Assembly: GCF_036321535.1 (NCBI RefSeq)
Contig: NC_087443.1
Coordinates: 81,778,001 to 81,842,000 of the forward strand
Length of the DNA stretch: 64,000 bases
Reading direction: 5' to 3'
Source: Camelus dromedarius
Taxonomy: Eukaryota
Shown here in pieces: positions 23,801-35,877 of this stretch. The notes beneath the pieces were generated by a model. It worked only from the letters and a program-made list of their open reading frames with translations, made no database searches and had not been told where the DNA came from. The first letter of the stretch is position 1, and the number at the start of each line of letters is the position of its first letter. The translations under genes were made by a program, and so were the position numbers.

Positions 23801-24999
23801 TCATGCACGATTCTGGCCCTTGACCACAAAGCGAAGCCAAGAGGAGTGGCCGAAGGCACTGGAGACTCCCCGCCAGAACAGGCATCGGCTTTCCTCCAGC
23901 GTCTTCAGAGGCGGCTCCCTTTCCTCATGCGTGGACTCCACGTGAGCACGCCTCAGCTCAGAAATGTTCACGGGCTGCACACCTTCTGCCCGTCCGGCCC
24001 CAGCTCACGGCATCTGGTCAAACCCTGAAAGCAGTCGAGCTCGGGGAGCTGGGTTCAAATCCACGCTCCGTCGCTCTCCAGCCGGGCGACTCCAGGCAAG
24101 CCACCCCCGCTCCCTGTGCCTCACCCCGTGGTTAGAGTGGGGCTGACTGCTTGTGCCCCACCCCCCGGCGCGGGAGGCCGGCCTCCGAGCTGAGGGGGCT
24201 CGGGCCGAGGGCGTGGAGGTTTCATTTGTACCTTTCATCCCAACTTTCCATGAAGGAAGGACCCCCTGCGCCATGTGAGCGCTGTCCCAGCTTCTTGCTG
24301 TTTTAATTTTGAAGAGGACGGCAGGGAGAGTGCAGCAATAAGCAGGGGCCCCTTCAAGGAGCCCTCCAGTCACACGAGCGCCAAACCTCTCCTTCCCTCC
24401 TGAACGTGAGACCCGGGTAGTGACGTCCCCTCTGCCGATCAGCTTTTCCCACTACAGGAAAATGTGGATCTCACAGGCACCCACCCGCTGGAGTGCTTAG
24501 ACATCACAGTGAGTAATTCATGCTGACCCCTAATGCGGAGTGAGCGTCCAACACACTGTTATTACTGTTCCCAGCGGCACCCTGGCCCCCAAAACAGGTT
24601 TCCAGGAAGACACGTCCGTGTCTCCAAAGCAGTGTGGGAACAGCGGGTGCTCAGCCGCGGACTCTGGGCCGGGATCGTCCTCAATGACCACGCGCCCTGA
24701 TTGATGGCCTGCCGAGCGGTCGCTCCAGACAGGCCTTCAGATTCCTCAGTTTGGTGGCAGGAACCCACACATGGTAATAAGCACAGGTCGATTCCTCCAG
24801 CCCTGGGGCTTGAGGCTCCAGCAAGCTAAGTGATCAAAATGCTGCTTCCGAAGTAGCCGGCGGGCGACCTTTCTGCTCTGCTGCATGCCTGAAATGTCAG
24901 CATGAGCAAAATCAAGGCGGGTAATCGCGAGGCTCGTGGTCAGGGATGCGAATCCAGGGGGAGCGGACACTTGAGAGGAGCCCCGAGCATCCTCGGTCG

Positions 25000-25350
25000 G
25001 CAGCACCTGGGCACGCCGCGGTCGCCGCAGCGCGTGAGCCTCCCATGGAGGACTTCACCTTGTGAACCACGCTCTGACCCGGGTCGGGGGATGAGGGTCC
25101 CCTCCGCTCAGGGCAGCCCCTTCCACACCGAGGCTCATCGTGAGAGGCTGCGGGGAGATGCCTGCCAGCGCGGGGGCCACACAGAGCAGAACGGAGACGT
25201 TCACCCATGGTCCTGGGATGGAGGGCGTGACAGCCCCCCTGAACGTGGCCGCAAACCTCTATTTGATGACAGTGATCGTTACACGGCATCGCTCCGTTAT
25301 TCCGAACGCTGTGCTTCGCTACTGTGAGCCGCCTCGATGAACACACAGCC
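25000..25350 (+). mobile_element. GC-shifted ancient L1ME-type 3' remnant
   Basis: Degenerate similarity to L1ME 3' UTR blocks; heavily GC-enriched. Confidence 0.4.
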
Positions 25351-25794
25351 ACAATGGGAGCTGGGAAAGAAATGCCGTGCAAAGCCACAGCTTTCCCTCG
25401 GTTCAGATCCCGGGTCCTCACCCAGATTTTCGGTTTCACTGCTCAGAATAAGGATTTAGGAAAGAACTTTTGAACATGCCACTTTCCTTGTGCTGCTGGG
25501 CAGGCAGATAGGACCTTTGTGGATGTCAGCAAGTGAGGATCGGGGTGTGGCTCCCACGGCCTGCGACCGGGTCGCAGTCACGGCATCGCCAGCCGCCGTG
25601 CAGCCAGGACAGCGCGGGGCGCCCGGGCCTGATGGAGCTGCACTGAGACACGTCCACGTCCAGGGCGAGGAAGGGGACAACGGACACCTTCTAGGGGTAT
25701 TTCTTTCATTCCCTGAACACATTTTGAAGAAAACATCAATATGATTTTACACAATGTAATGGGAGGTGTCTGTAGACTCCTTTTTTTAAGACAT

Positions 25795-26760
25795 TATTTC
25801 TTTTTTATTGATGTACAGTTCACAGTGTTGTGCTAATTTCTGCTGTACAGTGTAGTGATTCAGTTACACAAATACATACATTCCTTTTCATATTCTTTTT
25901 CATTATAGGTTATTACAAGGCATTGAACATAGTTCCCTGTGCTCTACGGTAGGACCTTGTTATGTATCTAGTTTATATGTAGTAGTGTGTATCTGCAAAT
26001 CCTGAACTCCCAGTTTATCTCTTCCCTCCCCTCTGCCCCCCTGGCAACCACAAGTCTGTTCTCTATGTCTGTGAGTCTGCTTCCATTTTGTAACTAAGTT
26101 CATTTATGTCACTTTTTTTTTTTTTTTGAGGTATAGTCAGTTTACAGTGTTGTGTCATTTGGGTCCTTTTTCTTAAGATGCCACATATGAGTGATATCAT
26201 ATGGCGTTTTTCTATGTCTTACTTCACTTAGAATGATAATTACCAGGTCCCTCCATGTTGCTGCAAATGGCATTGTTTTATTCTCTTTTGTGGCTGAGTA
26301 GTGTTCCATTGTATAAATAAACCACAACTTCTTTATCCAGTCCTCTGTTGGACATTTAGGTAGTTTCTATGTCTTGGCTGTTGTGAATAGTGCTGCTATG
26401 AACATTGGGGTGCAGGTGTCATCCTGAAGTAGGGTTCCTTCTGGGTATATGCCCAGGAGTGGGATTCCTGGGCCACATGGTAAGTCTATTCCCAGTCTTT
26501 TGAGGAATCTCCATACTGTTTTCCACAGTGGCTACACCAAACTGCATTCCCACCAGCAGTGTTATCAGGAGGGATCCCCTTTCTCCACAGCCTCTCCAGC
26601 ATTTGTCACTTGTGGGTTTTTGAACGACGGCCATTCTGGCCGGTGTGAGGTGGTACCTCATTGTAGGTTTGATTGCATTTCTCTGATGATTAGTGACGTT
26701 GAGCATTTTTTCATGTGCCTCTTGGCCACTTGTATGTCTGCATTGGAGAACTGGTTTTTA
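25795..26760 (-). mobile_element. Camelid/cetartiodactyl-type L1, 3' UTR plus ORF2 end, with nested micro-insertion
   Basis: Minus ORFs 26142-26327 (MWFIYTMEHYSATKENKTMPFAATWRDLVIIILSEV) and 26419-26706 ([11 protein letters not shown]...KCWRGCGERG) are L1 ORF2 C-terminal sequence. Confidence 0.93.
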
Positions 26761-27089
26761 AGAGGATTGTGCAGGGCACCACGCCCCTCTGTAAGTCTCC
26801 CCCCCAGAAATGTTGGTTAGTCTCTCCTCACCTCTCCACGTCTCTGGCAGCCCCTGCCGTGGCCCACTGTTCCCAGGTGGTCCAGCAGGCTCCCATCCAC
26901 GCCACTCTCCTGGGGGCAGAGGCCCCTGCTGGCCCTTTAGGACTGAATTCCCCAGCAGTGGGGTGGCGGGGGGGGGGTGGCACACAGCTCGGGGGTCCTT
27001 GAAATGAGGAGCCACAGCCTTCCCAGCGTGCTCGGTCCACAGCCAGAACGTCCGCATCAGTGCTGTGTGCTTGGCTGCCCTGGTGCACC

Positions 27090-27480
27090 ATTTGCCTTTA
27101 TCTTAAGTAATGGCTTGGGCTTTATTTGTAATCGTTAAAGTCTGAAGCAACAGAAACATCCAGCAAGTGGCAGCTGAGAACATGCCTGTGCAGCCGCAGG
27201 ATGAAGCAAGACGCACCCGGACGAGATGGCGCCGGCGGAGGCTGGAGGGAACGGACGCGCCCTCCAGATGCCGTGCTGGGTGAACGGCGCACCGGCACAG
27301 CCGGCTGACGTGGAAGCAGCTCTGTGTGTAACCAAGCACTGATGCAGAACAAACCGCAGGAGTGGAATTGCGATGTGGGAAAAAGGAGAGGCTTATGCCG
27401 GAGGGCGGACCGTTTTGGTGGTTTGATGAAATGTCGGGGGGCGTGGGTTGCTGTGCACTTTTTAGTTATGGTTAGATGAT
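27090..27480 (-). mobile_element. GC-shifted ancient L1 remnant
   Basis: Minus-strand reading resembles antisense-pattern L1 ORF2-end text (CATCC..CATGTT...TTGGATGTTTC...TTTGC...TTACAAAT); strongly diverged, so orientation and identity are tentative. Confidence 0.35.
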
Positions 27481-27499
27481 TTTCTGAAGAATGAGTTAT

Positions 27500-28470
27500 T
27501 AATTGAAAAATTAGAAACAAACAAAACCAAAAAATATGATTAAAAAATGGGCAAAGCATCTAAGTAGACATTTTACCAAAGACACAGAGATGGCCAACGG
27601 GTGCCTGAAAAAGTGCTCGGCGTCACTAATGCTCGGGAAATGCAGATCAAGCCACGGGAGGGACCACCCCGCGCCTGCTCGAGTGGCTGCTGTAGCAAGT
27701 GCTGGCGAGGGTGCGGAAGGCGGGGAACCGTCGTGGGCTGCTGCTGCTGGGAGTGTCGGTTGGTGCAGCCACTCTGGGAACCAGTACGGAGGTCCCTCAA
27801 AAACCTAAAGTAGAACGGCACATGGCCCAGCAACCCCGCTGCTGGGCATGTATCTGGAGAAAATGAGAGCTCTGACTGGGAGCGCCGCACAGCCCGCTGT
27901 GGAAGCAGCCTCGGCGCTCCCCGGCGCGCGGCTGGGGACGGAGGACGTGGTGCGTGTGCACCGTGGGGCGCCGCTGAGCCACCAGACACCAGGAAAGCCT
28001 GGCGTTCATGACAGCGCGAGCGGGCCTTGAGGGCATGGCGCCAAGTGAAATGCGCCACAGAGAAAGACAAATAGCGCTTCTACGCGGAACCTGAAAAAGC
28101 AAAGGCAAAGATCTCAGCCTTGAAGATGCAGTGACCAGGCTGGTGGCTGCCGGGGGCAGGGCGTGGAGGGCAGGGAAATGGGTGAAGGGAGTGAAAAGGC
28201 ACAAACTTTCAGCTGTAAACGAGATAAGCCGCTGGGTGCAACGTACAGCGTGACGACTACAGTCAACAATATTGTGCTGCGTATTTGAAAGCTATTGAGA
28301 GAGTGAGTCTTAAAAGTTCTCACCATGAGAAAAAAAGTGTGTGGAGAGGCGACCAGTGGTAACTAGACTTACCGTGGTGACCGTTCCCCACTGCACACAA
28401 GGAGCAAATGATCACGCTGGGCACCTGAAACGGGCACAACCAATGCCATTTATGCCTCAGGTTTTGAAGA
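27500..28470 (+). mobile_element. L1MA-type ORF2 end and 3' UTR, GC-shifted
   Basis: MIKKWAKHLSRHFTKDTEMAN, REMQIK, KCWRGCGRRGT...CCWECRLVQPLWEPVRRSLKNLK; 3' UTR TTGAGAGAGTGAGTCTTAAAAGTTCTCACC. Confidence 0.9.
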
Positions 28471-28799
28471 AAGAAAAAAAAAATGGTGTTCTGCTGCCAG
28501 ACGGTGACAAAAAGCGCTGTATCCCAAGGGCGCCCGTGGTCACAGGAGGAATCCGTCCTAACAAACCACAAATCAGTGTCCCTTTATTTTCCAGCTTTAG
28601 TAAAACAATCCAACAGAAGGCTTGATTCATATCACTACTGAACACACCTAAACTCACTTATGAATACATCTCAGCTTTTTAAGAAAATTGGCATCTAAGG
28701 GTAAGGGTGGAGCTTGCTGTCACCCAGAATGTTCTGTTCCCTCGTCTAAACCTGTTGGTTTCCCCTGAGTCTCATTCACACAGTTAGACACATTCAGAA

Positions 28800-29120
28800 T
28801 CTTTCTCTTTATTTTTTTTATTTTTCTTTTATTTTTTTAATTCTTATTTTTGTATTGAAGTGTAGTCGATCTACAATGTTAGTTTCAGGTGTACAGCGAA
28901 GCGATTCAGTCACACGTAGAATTATGTACATTTTTTTTTCAGATACTTTTCCATTACAGCTCATTACAAGAAACTGGACATAGTTCCCAGTGCTCTACAG
29001 CAGATCCTTGTTGTTCATCTGTTTCATACATGGTTGTTTGTATCTGTTAATCCCAAATTCCTAATCTGTTCCCCCCACTTCTTTACCCCCCGGTAACTAT
29101 AGTTTGTTTTCTACGTCTGT
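28800..29120 (-). mobile_element. Cetartiodactyl-type L1 3' end
   Basis: T-rich tail, TTGAAGTGTAGTCGATCTACAATGTTAGTTTCAGGTGTACAGC...GTATCTGTTAATCCCAAATTCC. Confidence 0.85.
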
Positions 29121-29479
29121 TATTTAAGTACAAAGTCTTTTTATTTTGTTTTCTGGGATTTTTTGCCCATCTTCTGTTTTTTTTTTTTTTTTTTTTTCCC
29201 ACCTAAACCTCTTGTCCAAACCTCCTTTCAGCTGCCAAAGGAGACACTAAAAGCTAAAAGTTTTTCTCTGATCACTTCCTGTTTTAAAGTCTCTGTGATG
29301 GGGTCCTAGGTACTAAGGCAGTGGTGGGCTGGGGCTCTCTGCCCATCCACCCTCATTTCTGTTTCTGTTCCCTTTGCTGGATCCTTTTAAATTACTTTCC
29401 TGAATTAATGGCAATACCCTCCTGCAGCTGCTAATGAGAAACCTCTGGCCATCTTTGGTCGTTCTCCCTCTTTTAGTTT

Positions 29480-29906
29480 TCACATTTGAGCAACAGCCTT
29501 TTCTGGCTAGTTTCTCCCCTCCTTGCCCTCCCTGCACCTAAGCTGCACTGTCTCCGGCCTCGCCGCTCCCCGCCTGCTGATGTCATGCCTAAGCCGGCCC
29601 ACTTGTTCATTGCAAAGGCCTCTGATCAGTCTCCCCTCTCCAGCCTCTCCCGGCTCCAATCCATTTTCTGTGCTTCACTCAGTATGTCTTAAAGAAGTAT
29701 TGGTGTACTCCCCAATTTGCAAGCTGGCAATTTCTCTCTGTCGCGGGATAACGATCCGTCTTCTCCAGGAGATGTGGAGGCCCTTTGGCACTGACTCCAG
29801 CTTGCTTTTCCGGCCTCACCTCCTGCTGCCAGGACATACCTGGCTCCCTTTCTGTAGGCACAAGAATCTCCTGACTCTTCCACGGGGCTGTATCCCTCTG
29901 TCCTTC

Positions 29907-29962
<56 letters not shown>

Positions 29963-30070
29963 CATGGCTCCCCCGCCTGGAATCTTCCGCACCTGCCTCG
30001 GGCCTGGGAAGTGTTGACTCAGCCGAGGGGGCACCTCTTCCAGGAAGCCTTCCCAGAACCCCCCCAAGGA
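29480..30070 (+). mobile_element. L2 remnant interrupted by an (AC)n microsatellite
   Basis: Pyrimidine-rich L2-like blocks (CAATCCATTTTCTG, GGCCCTTTGGCACTGACTCC, CACCTCTTCCAGGAAGCCTTCCC). Confidence 0.6.
29908..29959. repeat. (AC)26 microsatellite
   Basis: Uninterrupted AC dinucleotide run read directly. Confidence 0.97.
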
Positions 30071-30384
30071 CTTGGTTGGCTTGCCCTCGACTGCACATCT
30101 TTCCCACCAGGCTCTGGGCTCCCCTGGGATGGCCTCTCTTTCCTTGTCTTCCTCCCATTTCTGTGGCACATGGTACCCACCATTTGGTAACGATTCCCTA
30201 AATGAAATATGAACAGTCTCCATTCGGAGAAAACAGGATTCAATACCAGGAACACCTGTTTCTCAACTGACTCTTCACCTTCTTCACATCTAGAAAGACC
30301 CTGGAAGCCAACGTTAGCGAGGGAGTCACTCAAACGCCCGTCACTGGGGAGATGAGACTTACACGTTTGGGCTGAAAGAAAATT

Positions 30385-30612
30385 AAGTTGGAGATTGGGA
30401 TTAACAGATACAAACTACTATGCACAGAACAGATAAACAGATTTCTACTGAATAACACAGGGAACTATAGTAAATGGCTTGTAATAACCTGCAATGAAAA
30501 AATTATATATATGTTTATATATATGTATATGGATCACTATGCTGTACACCAGAAACTAACGCAACATTGTAAATCAACTAGACTTCAACTTTTAAAAATG
30601 GGAAAAAAATAA
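30385..30612 (+). mobile_element. Cetartiodactyl-type L1 3' end
   Basis: TGGGATTAACAGATACAAACTACTAT...CTGTACACCAGAAACTAACGCAACATTGTAAATCAACTAGACTTCAA then A-rich tail. Confidence 0.88.
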
Positions 30613-32587
30613 ATGCTGGTCATATTGTCACAAAAAATTATATTGGAAGTAAGTAGCCATACAGGACTTAGCCACTGCTCAAGAATATAAACCATGAGGT
30701 GACTACAAACGTATTGGTATTTCCTAAAATAAAAAGCCCTCCCCACGTAAGCGGCGCGGCCTGCATCAGCGCTTAAGTGGGGCCAGCACAGCGCGACTGC
30801 AGGACTTGGCGTCAGTGCTGGCGTTAGTTACATGTGGGGGGGGGGGCACGCAGCTGAGGTAACCACTTCATGCTATCGTGCCATTTCTGAGAATCACGTC
30901 TTATCTGAGAAGCAAACTGTGATACAGAAAGGGACGTAGGCCATCCTTGCATTTCCCGAGTTACTTACGTGGTCAGGCACTCAGCAGAGAGCAGGCTGTG
31001 TTCAGCGTGGGCTGTGCATGGGGTGTTGTTTTAGAGCCGCAGGCGAGGAGAGAGACAAAGACAAAACACACGCATCTCTGGTTTTAAGGAGACTATGTGG
31101 AATTTGCAGTAGGCTTTCAGCGCAGGGAAACACACATTTCCGAATATTTGGGTGCTGCGTTCGTCTATGCAAGGATGGTTTCTGTTTAACACCTGGTACT
31201 ATTCCAGAAGCCACTGTTCATTTCATCCCTGTTTTTATTGGCCCTGAAAAGTAAAATTGGTGGACATGCCACAAAATATAAATGCGGAGAGGCAGCCAGG
31301 ACGTTTCCACCCCCAGGGACTTTTGGCAGATCATGGTGCTCCTGGGAATTAAGTGGATAAGCCACTCCCTGAAGCTCTGCCTGGTCTGTGTCCACGTCCC
31401 AGGAAGGACACCGGCCTGGCGGCCAGGAGCTAAACTGAGTTCACGTGCAGAGAAGCACACCTCCTGGCCCAGTTTCTGGAGCCAAACCAGCTCACAGGCG
31501 GGACAGCCTCGTGTAAAGGAAAGGCCGGGTGCACCTGGGAGGGGTCCTGAAGCTCGGCCGCACCGCTGCGGGAAGCCGTCCGCGAAGCCTTTCCTGGGTG
31601 TGCACCAGGGAGACTGGTTCTGGGGGAAAGACGATGCCCAGTTATTTCAGGAGCTTGTGGGCGATGTATAAGAATTTGTACCTTTCCTAGAGTCTCCCCC
31701 AACAAAAAAAAAAAAAAAGAGAGAGAGAGAGGAAAAAAACCCCAGAACAACCCCGTGACCTCACACCCACAGCATGGCTGATGGCAGTCAGGTGGTGAGG
31801 GGGGTTTTGACCCAATTTTGAATCACTGTGGATTTGTACATCCACCCTGAGCTACGTTCTCAAGTTCTAGCAGCTGTAGCTGGGACAGACATGTGACAAT
31901 TCCAGAGTCCCCCACCAGCCCCTGCTGCACAAATGGGGGCTGTTGTGACTCACAGATTGAACAATGGTTTTCACCAGGACACAAGGCAGGTGGATCTTGG
32001 AGAATAACCCTGGAATTGGTGCCTCTAATTACGCTGCGGTTCCTGTATGTTCTCTCGACTGGAGTAGGTCAGCACAGCCCCCACAGTGTGGTTTTAGCTG
32101 CTGATGGCGTATTATTTTTCCTCTGTACCAGTCTGCAGTTCTATTCCACTGGAAGGTTCGCGTTCGCCTGACAGGGACAACCTTTAGACACACCTCTAGA
32201 GTCCTGTCTCCAGCTATGTTAGCCATCTCCCCTGTTCTCGGCTGGGAAATCGTCCCTGGCCACCTGGTTATGTGAGATTCCCGGTACCACCACGTGGGTT
32301 TCCCGCGCTGATACAGTCCTGCTAATGGGACCCGGTGAGCAGGACGAGGTGCCTACCGTAGGTGCGTCTGAAAGAGAACGACAGCCCGAGGGTGAGGGGA
32401 AGTCCCAGGAGACGTGGAGGTCATTACATCGTGACGTTTCTGGGGGGCCGGCACCTGAGGGACAGTGCCAAGGTGAGAGACAAGTTGTCGGCCTTCCGCT
32501 CAGGAGAAAGCACGGTGCTCGGGAGGCTGCTCTGAACTTCAGAGGTGACACCGCCACGTGGCGAGGGGAGAGTGCCGTGCTCACTGC

Positions 32588-32621
32588 ACACATACACACA
32601 CACACACACACACGTACACAC
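32588..32621. repeat. Imperfect (CA)n microsatellite
   Basis: cacacatacacacacacacacacacgtacacacg. Confidence 0.8.
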
Positions 32622-32979
32622 GTCCGCTTCCTGAACGCCTGTGAGGTCGCCTGGGGGAGGCGCTGCATGGGAAGGACCCCCAGCTACAGTGAGGTGGATG
32701 TACTGGAAGCAGCAATGTGTGGGGCGCCCGTAACTGCAGGGGTGCTCGTGAGCGCCTGTGCCCTGCACACACCGCGGGTCAGAGCCTGGCCTCTCAGGCC
32801 GCGATCGCCCAGCTCAGCGCACGTCAGAATCAGCTGGAGGCTCGTTCAGACACGGGTTGCTGGGTCCCGCCCCTGGGTTTCTCATGCAGAGGATGGCCCT
32901 GGACCGGCTTGGGCCGTCACCTGGCCGACCACACTTGCTCTGAGCTGTGGTTGGAGTGATGCCAGGAAGGAGTGAGGTG

Positions 32980-33150
32980 GCTTCTACAACATAGAGAAAG
33001 CAAGGAATCTGGAATCTGGCACAGGAACGCAGCCTTGCCTACTGCTTGACTTTAGACTCCTGACCTCCAGAACAAGAGAAAATGTGTGCTTTTTTAAGCC
33101 ATAAAGTTGGTGGCAATTTGTCCGAGCAGCCCCAGGAAACACACCGATGG
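32980..33150 (+). mobile_element. MLT1 LTR 3' part
   Basis: AGGAACGCAGCCTTGCC...GACTTTAGACTCCTGACCTCCAGAAC...TTTTAAGCCATAAAGTTGGTGGCAATTTGT...AGCAGCCCCAGGAAAC. Confidence 0.85.
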
Positions 33151-33579
33151 AGACTGACTGTCTCCCAGGTCCCCTCCTGTGGGGACCAGAATACAAGCAT
33201 GGCCTTTGGTGTATAGCTGGGTGACAGCTAGCCGGGAGAAGCCTCCTGCCGTCTGGGCTGCTGTGCGGGGGCGTGATGTGCGCGGAAGGGTCAGCGGGGG
33301 GGCCCAGGGCTGGGCTGTGCTGGTTACTGAGTCCTGAGCTCTCAGCTTCAGACGCACATCTGAGCTGAGCTTGGTTAATCGGGGGCTGGGCCTCTGCAGG
33401 TCACATTTCTACTTCACCCGCTGCTCCCGGGGGGGGGCCTGCAAAGGGGTCCCCAAATGAGCTGCGAGGTGGAAGGAGAGAGACGGGCTCCCTTCCGTTG
33501 TGTTCCTGCTGCTGGGGGCTTTGTCGGGCCACTGCCTTCCTCGCTGGCAGCCACAGCTGGCTCTACTTTGCTTTTGTTT

Positions 33580-33695
33580 ATTTATTTATTTGTTATTTAA
33601 TTTTTTTTCTTTTTTTTAATGGAGGTATGGGGGATTGGACCTGGGACCTTGTGCATGCTAAGCACGCACTCTGTCACTGAGCCACACGCTCCCCC
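33580..33695 (-). mobile_element. Vic-1-type camelid SINE
   Basis: ATGGAGGTATGGGGGATTGGACCTGGGACCTTGTGCATGCTAAGCACGCACTCTGTCACTGAGCCACACGCTCCCCC. Degenerate TSD actttgcttttgttt 33565-33579 / agtttgcttttattt 33696-33710. Confidence 0.9.
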
Positions 33696-34744
33696 AGTTT
33701 GCTTTTATTTCTTGCTCACAGAGACCCACCCTCGTCTGGTTAGCACATCCTCCTTAGCTGCCTGAGTCTCAGAAACTCGGGGTCCCTTCCCTGAGCTCCT
33801 GGGGTGTCAGCACCTGCTGAGCGGTGCCCCTCCTCTGAGGGCCAGCTCTGTGGACATCGCCCCCCCGCCCCATTTCTAAATTTGCATAATCCCAGCGACT
33901 TCTGTTTATTCCCCCACCCCACCCCCACTCTGCTGCTGCTTTAATTTGCTGCCTCTGTAAATCCTCTGCTTTCATTTTGCTTTTTCACTTTTCTAATATT
34001 TAGTGTAAAAGTATTAATTAATTTATCTCTACTAAATAAAAGTGGTTCCTGTTTTATGACTGGGTCCTGACCGAGGCGCTCTGCTGTCTGCTGAGTCCCT
34101 GTAATGATTCTGAGGGACACTGGCAGAGAGGACGCTGGGAGGCTGGGTGGGAACACGGTCTTCTGTCCCGCAGGCCACGGCATCTGACAGCCGTCGACAG
34201 CTGACACTAACACCTGTTCTCCAAACATCAGCGGTCGCTCGCTGCACGCGAGGGTGCGAGTCCCCACTCACCGGGGGCTGCTGGAGGGGCACCAACCGGC
34301 TGCACACACGATGGGTCCCGGTCACCCTGACTGTCGTCCGGGACACGCACGCACGCCGCGGGTGCTCTGTTAGAGGCGTGAGGAGCCACACCCTCGAGTT
34401 GGGAGAAGAAGTGGAAACCGGTTTTGTTCAGTCATCACCACAGAGCGGATTTGGAAGGGGACAACCGCTCCGTTTTGTTTCTGAGCTCAGCTGCGTATTT
34501 AAAACGTGCTGGCGTCTAACAAAGACTCGCCGGCACCCTTTCCCCCCATGGTGGTTGGGTTTTCATGTTCAGTAACCCTGGGGACAGCCAGACATTGGAA
34601 ACAAGGGAGAATAAGGCTTCAACTCTCACCGTCTGATAAAGTGAAACAGTTTCCTTCGGCCTCAAGCTGCTGAGACATCAGGGATATCCTGCCTACTGGA
34701 TGCACTGATGGCTGATAGCACTCTGGGGAGACTTGAGTGTGGTT

Positions 34745-35200
34745 TTTTTAATTAGTTTATTTTTTTAATTTAATTAAGTACAGTCAGTTACAATGTATCT
34801 ATTTCTGGTGTCCAGCATAATGTCCCAGTCACATATATATACAGACGTGTATTCATTCCCATATTCTTTTCCACTAAAAGTTACTGTAAGATATAAATAC
34901 AATTCCTTATGCTATACAGAAGAAACTTGTTTTATATCTATTTTATATATCGTAGTTAATGTTAGCAATTAGAACTCCCAGTGTATCCCTTCCCACCCTG
35001 CTTCCCCCATATCCACAGGTTTGTTTACTACATGAGTATGTTCTGTCTTGTAGATGAGTTCATTCATTTCTTCTTCTTCTTCCTCTCCTTCTCCTCCTCA
35101 TCCTCGTCCCCCCTTCCTCTTCCCCTCCCCCTCCTTCTTCCTCCTCCTTTCCTTCTCCTTCTTCTTTTTTTTTTTTCAAGATTCCACATACGAGTGTGTC
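34745..35200 (-). mobile_element. Camelid-type L1 3' UTR containing an expanded polypyrimidine tract
   Basis: TTAAGTACAGTCAGTTACAATGTATCTATTTCTGGTGTCCAGCATAATGTCCCAGTC...AGATTCCACATACGAG. Confidence 0.88.
35067..35177. repeat. (CTT/CCT)-type polypyrimidine low-complexity tract
   Basis: About 110 nt, all C/T except single purines at 35100 and 35106. Confidence 0.95.
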
Positions 35201-35877
35201 TTTGAGAGTACATCCCTCAGAACAAGAGCACACAAGGTCTGGTGACACAGGTTGTTCGCAGCGCGCAGGGCCCTCACAGGTGCTTAAGAAGCCTGCAGAT
35301 TGCAGGGGGAGGAAAGTCGCATGAGTTTGCAAGGGATGAACTTGAGAAATCCCATGTCACATCAAAAACACAAAAAACCCCAAAAATCAAACCACTATGC
35401 CTTTGGCCTCCCTCAGTTGGAAGCTACGGCAAAGAATTCCTCAAGTATGTGTTTATTCTCAACTCATGGCTACGTTATTTGTACCGATTGAAGCAGAGGC
35501 TAAAAGGTAACACTCTGCAGATGCATTTCTTTAGAAATCGTTGTTTCTGCTTCTGTGACCATGATGTGCGGCCCGGCATACATTAGAAGTATATTTCATT
35601 CTCTTTCTCATTGGATGTTGCACCGCAATAATCCTTGCTCTGCCTTGGGTGCAAATAGCCCGATTTATCTGGAGTAGGAGCCTGGGGACGGGCTTCATCA
35701 CTGGGTTCATCAATGGCAGTTTTGTATCCTCTGAAAATAGGGCAGCAAGGTTCAATGTGCCACCAATTTCCCTGGATAAACACAAATCTACTGCAGATAA
35801 GCTTCTCTTTTCAGACGGGTGATATTTTGCCTTGATCTAAACAGTCTCTGTTTATAAATCTCCTTTATTCATTTCAG

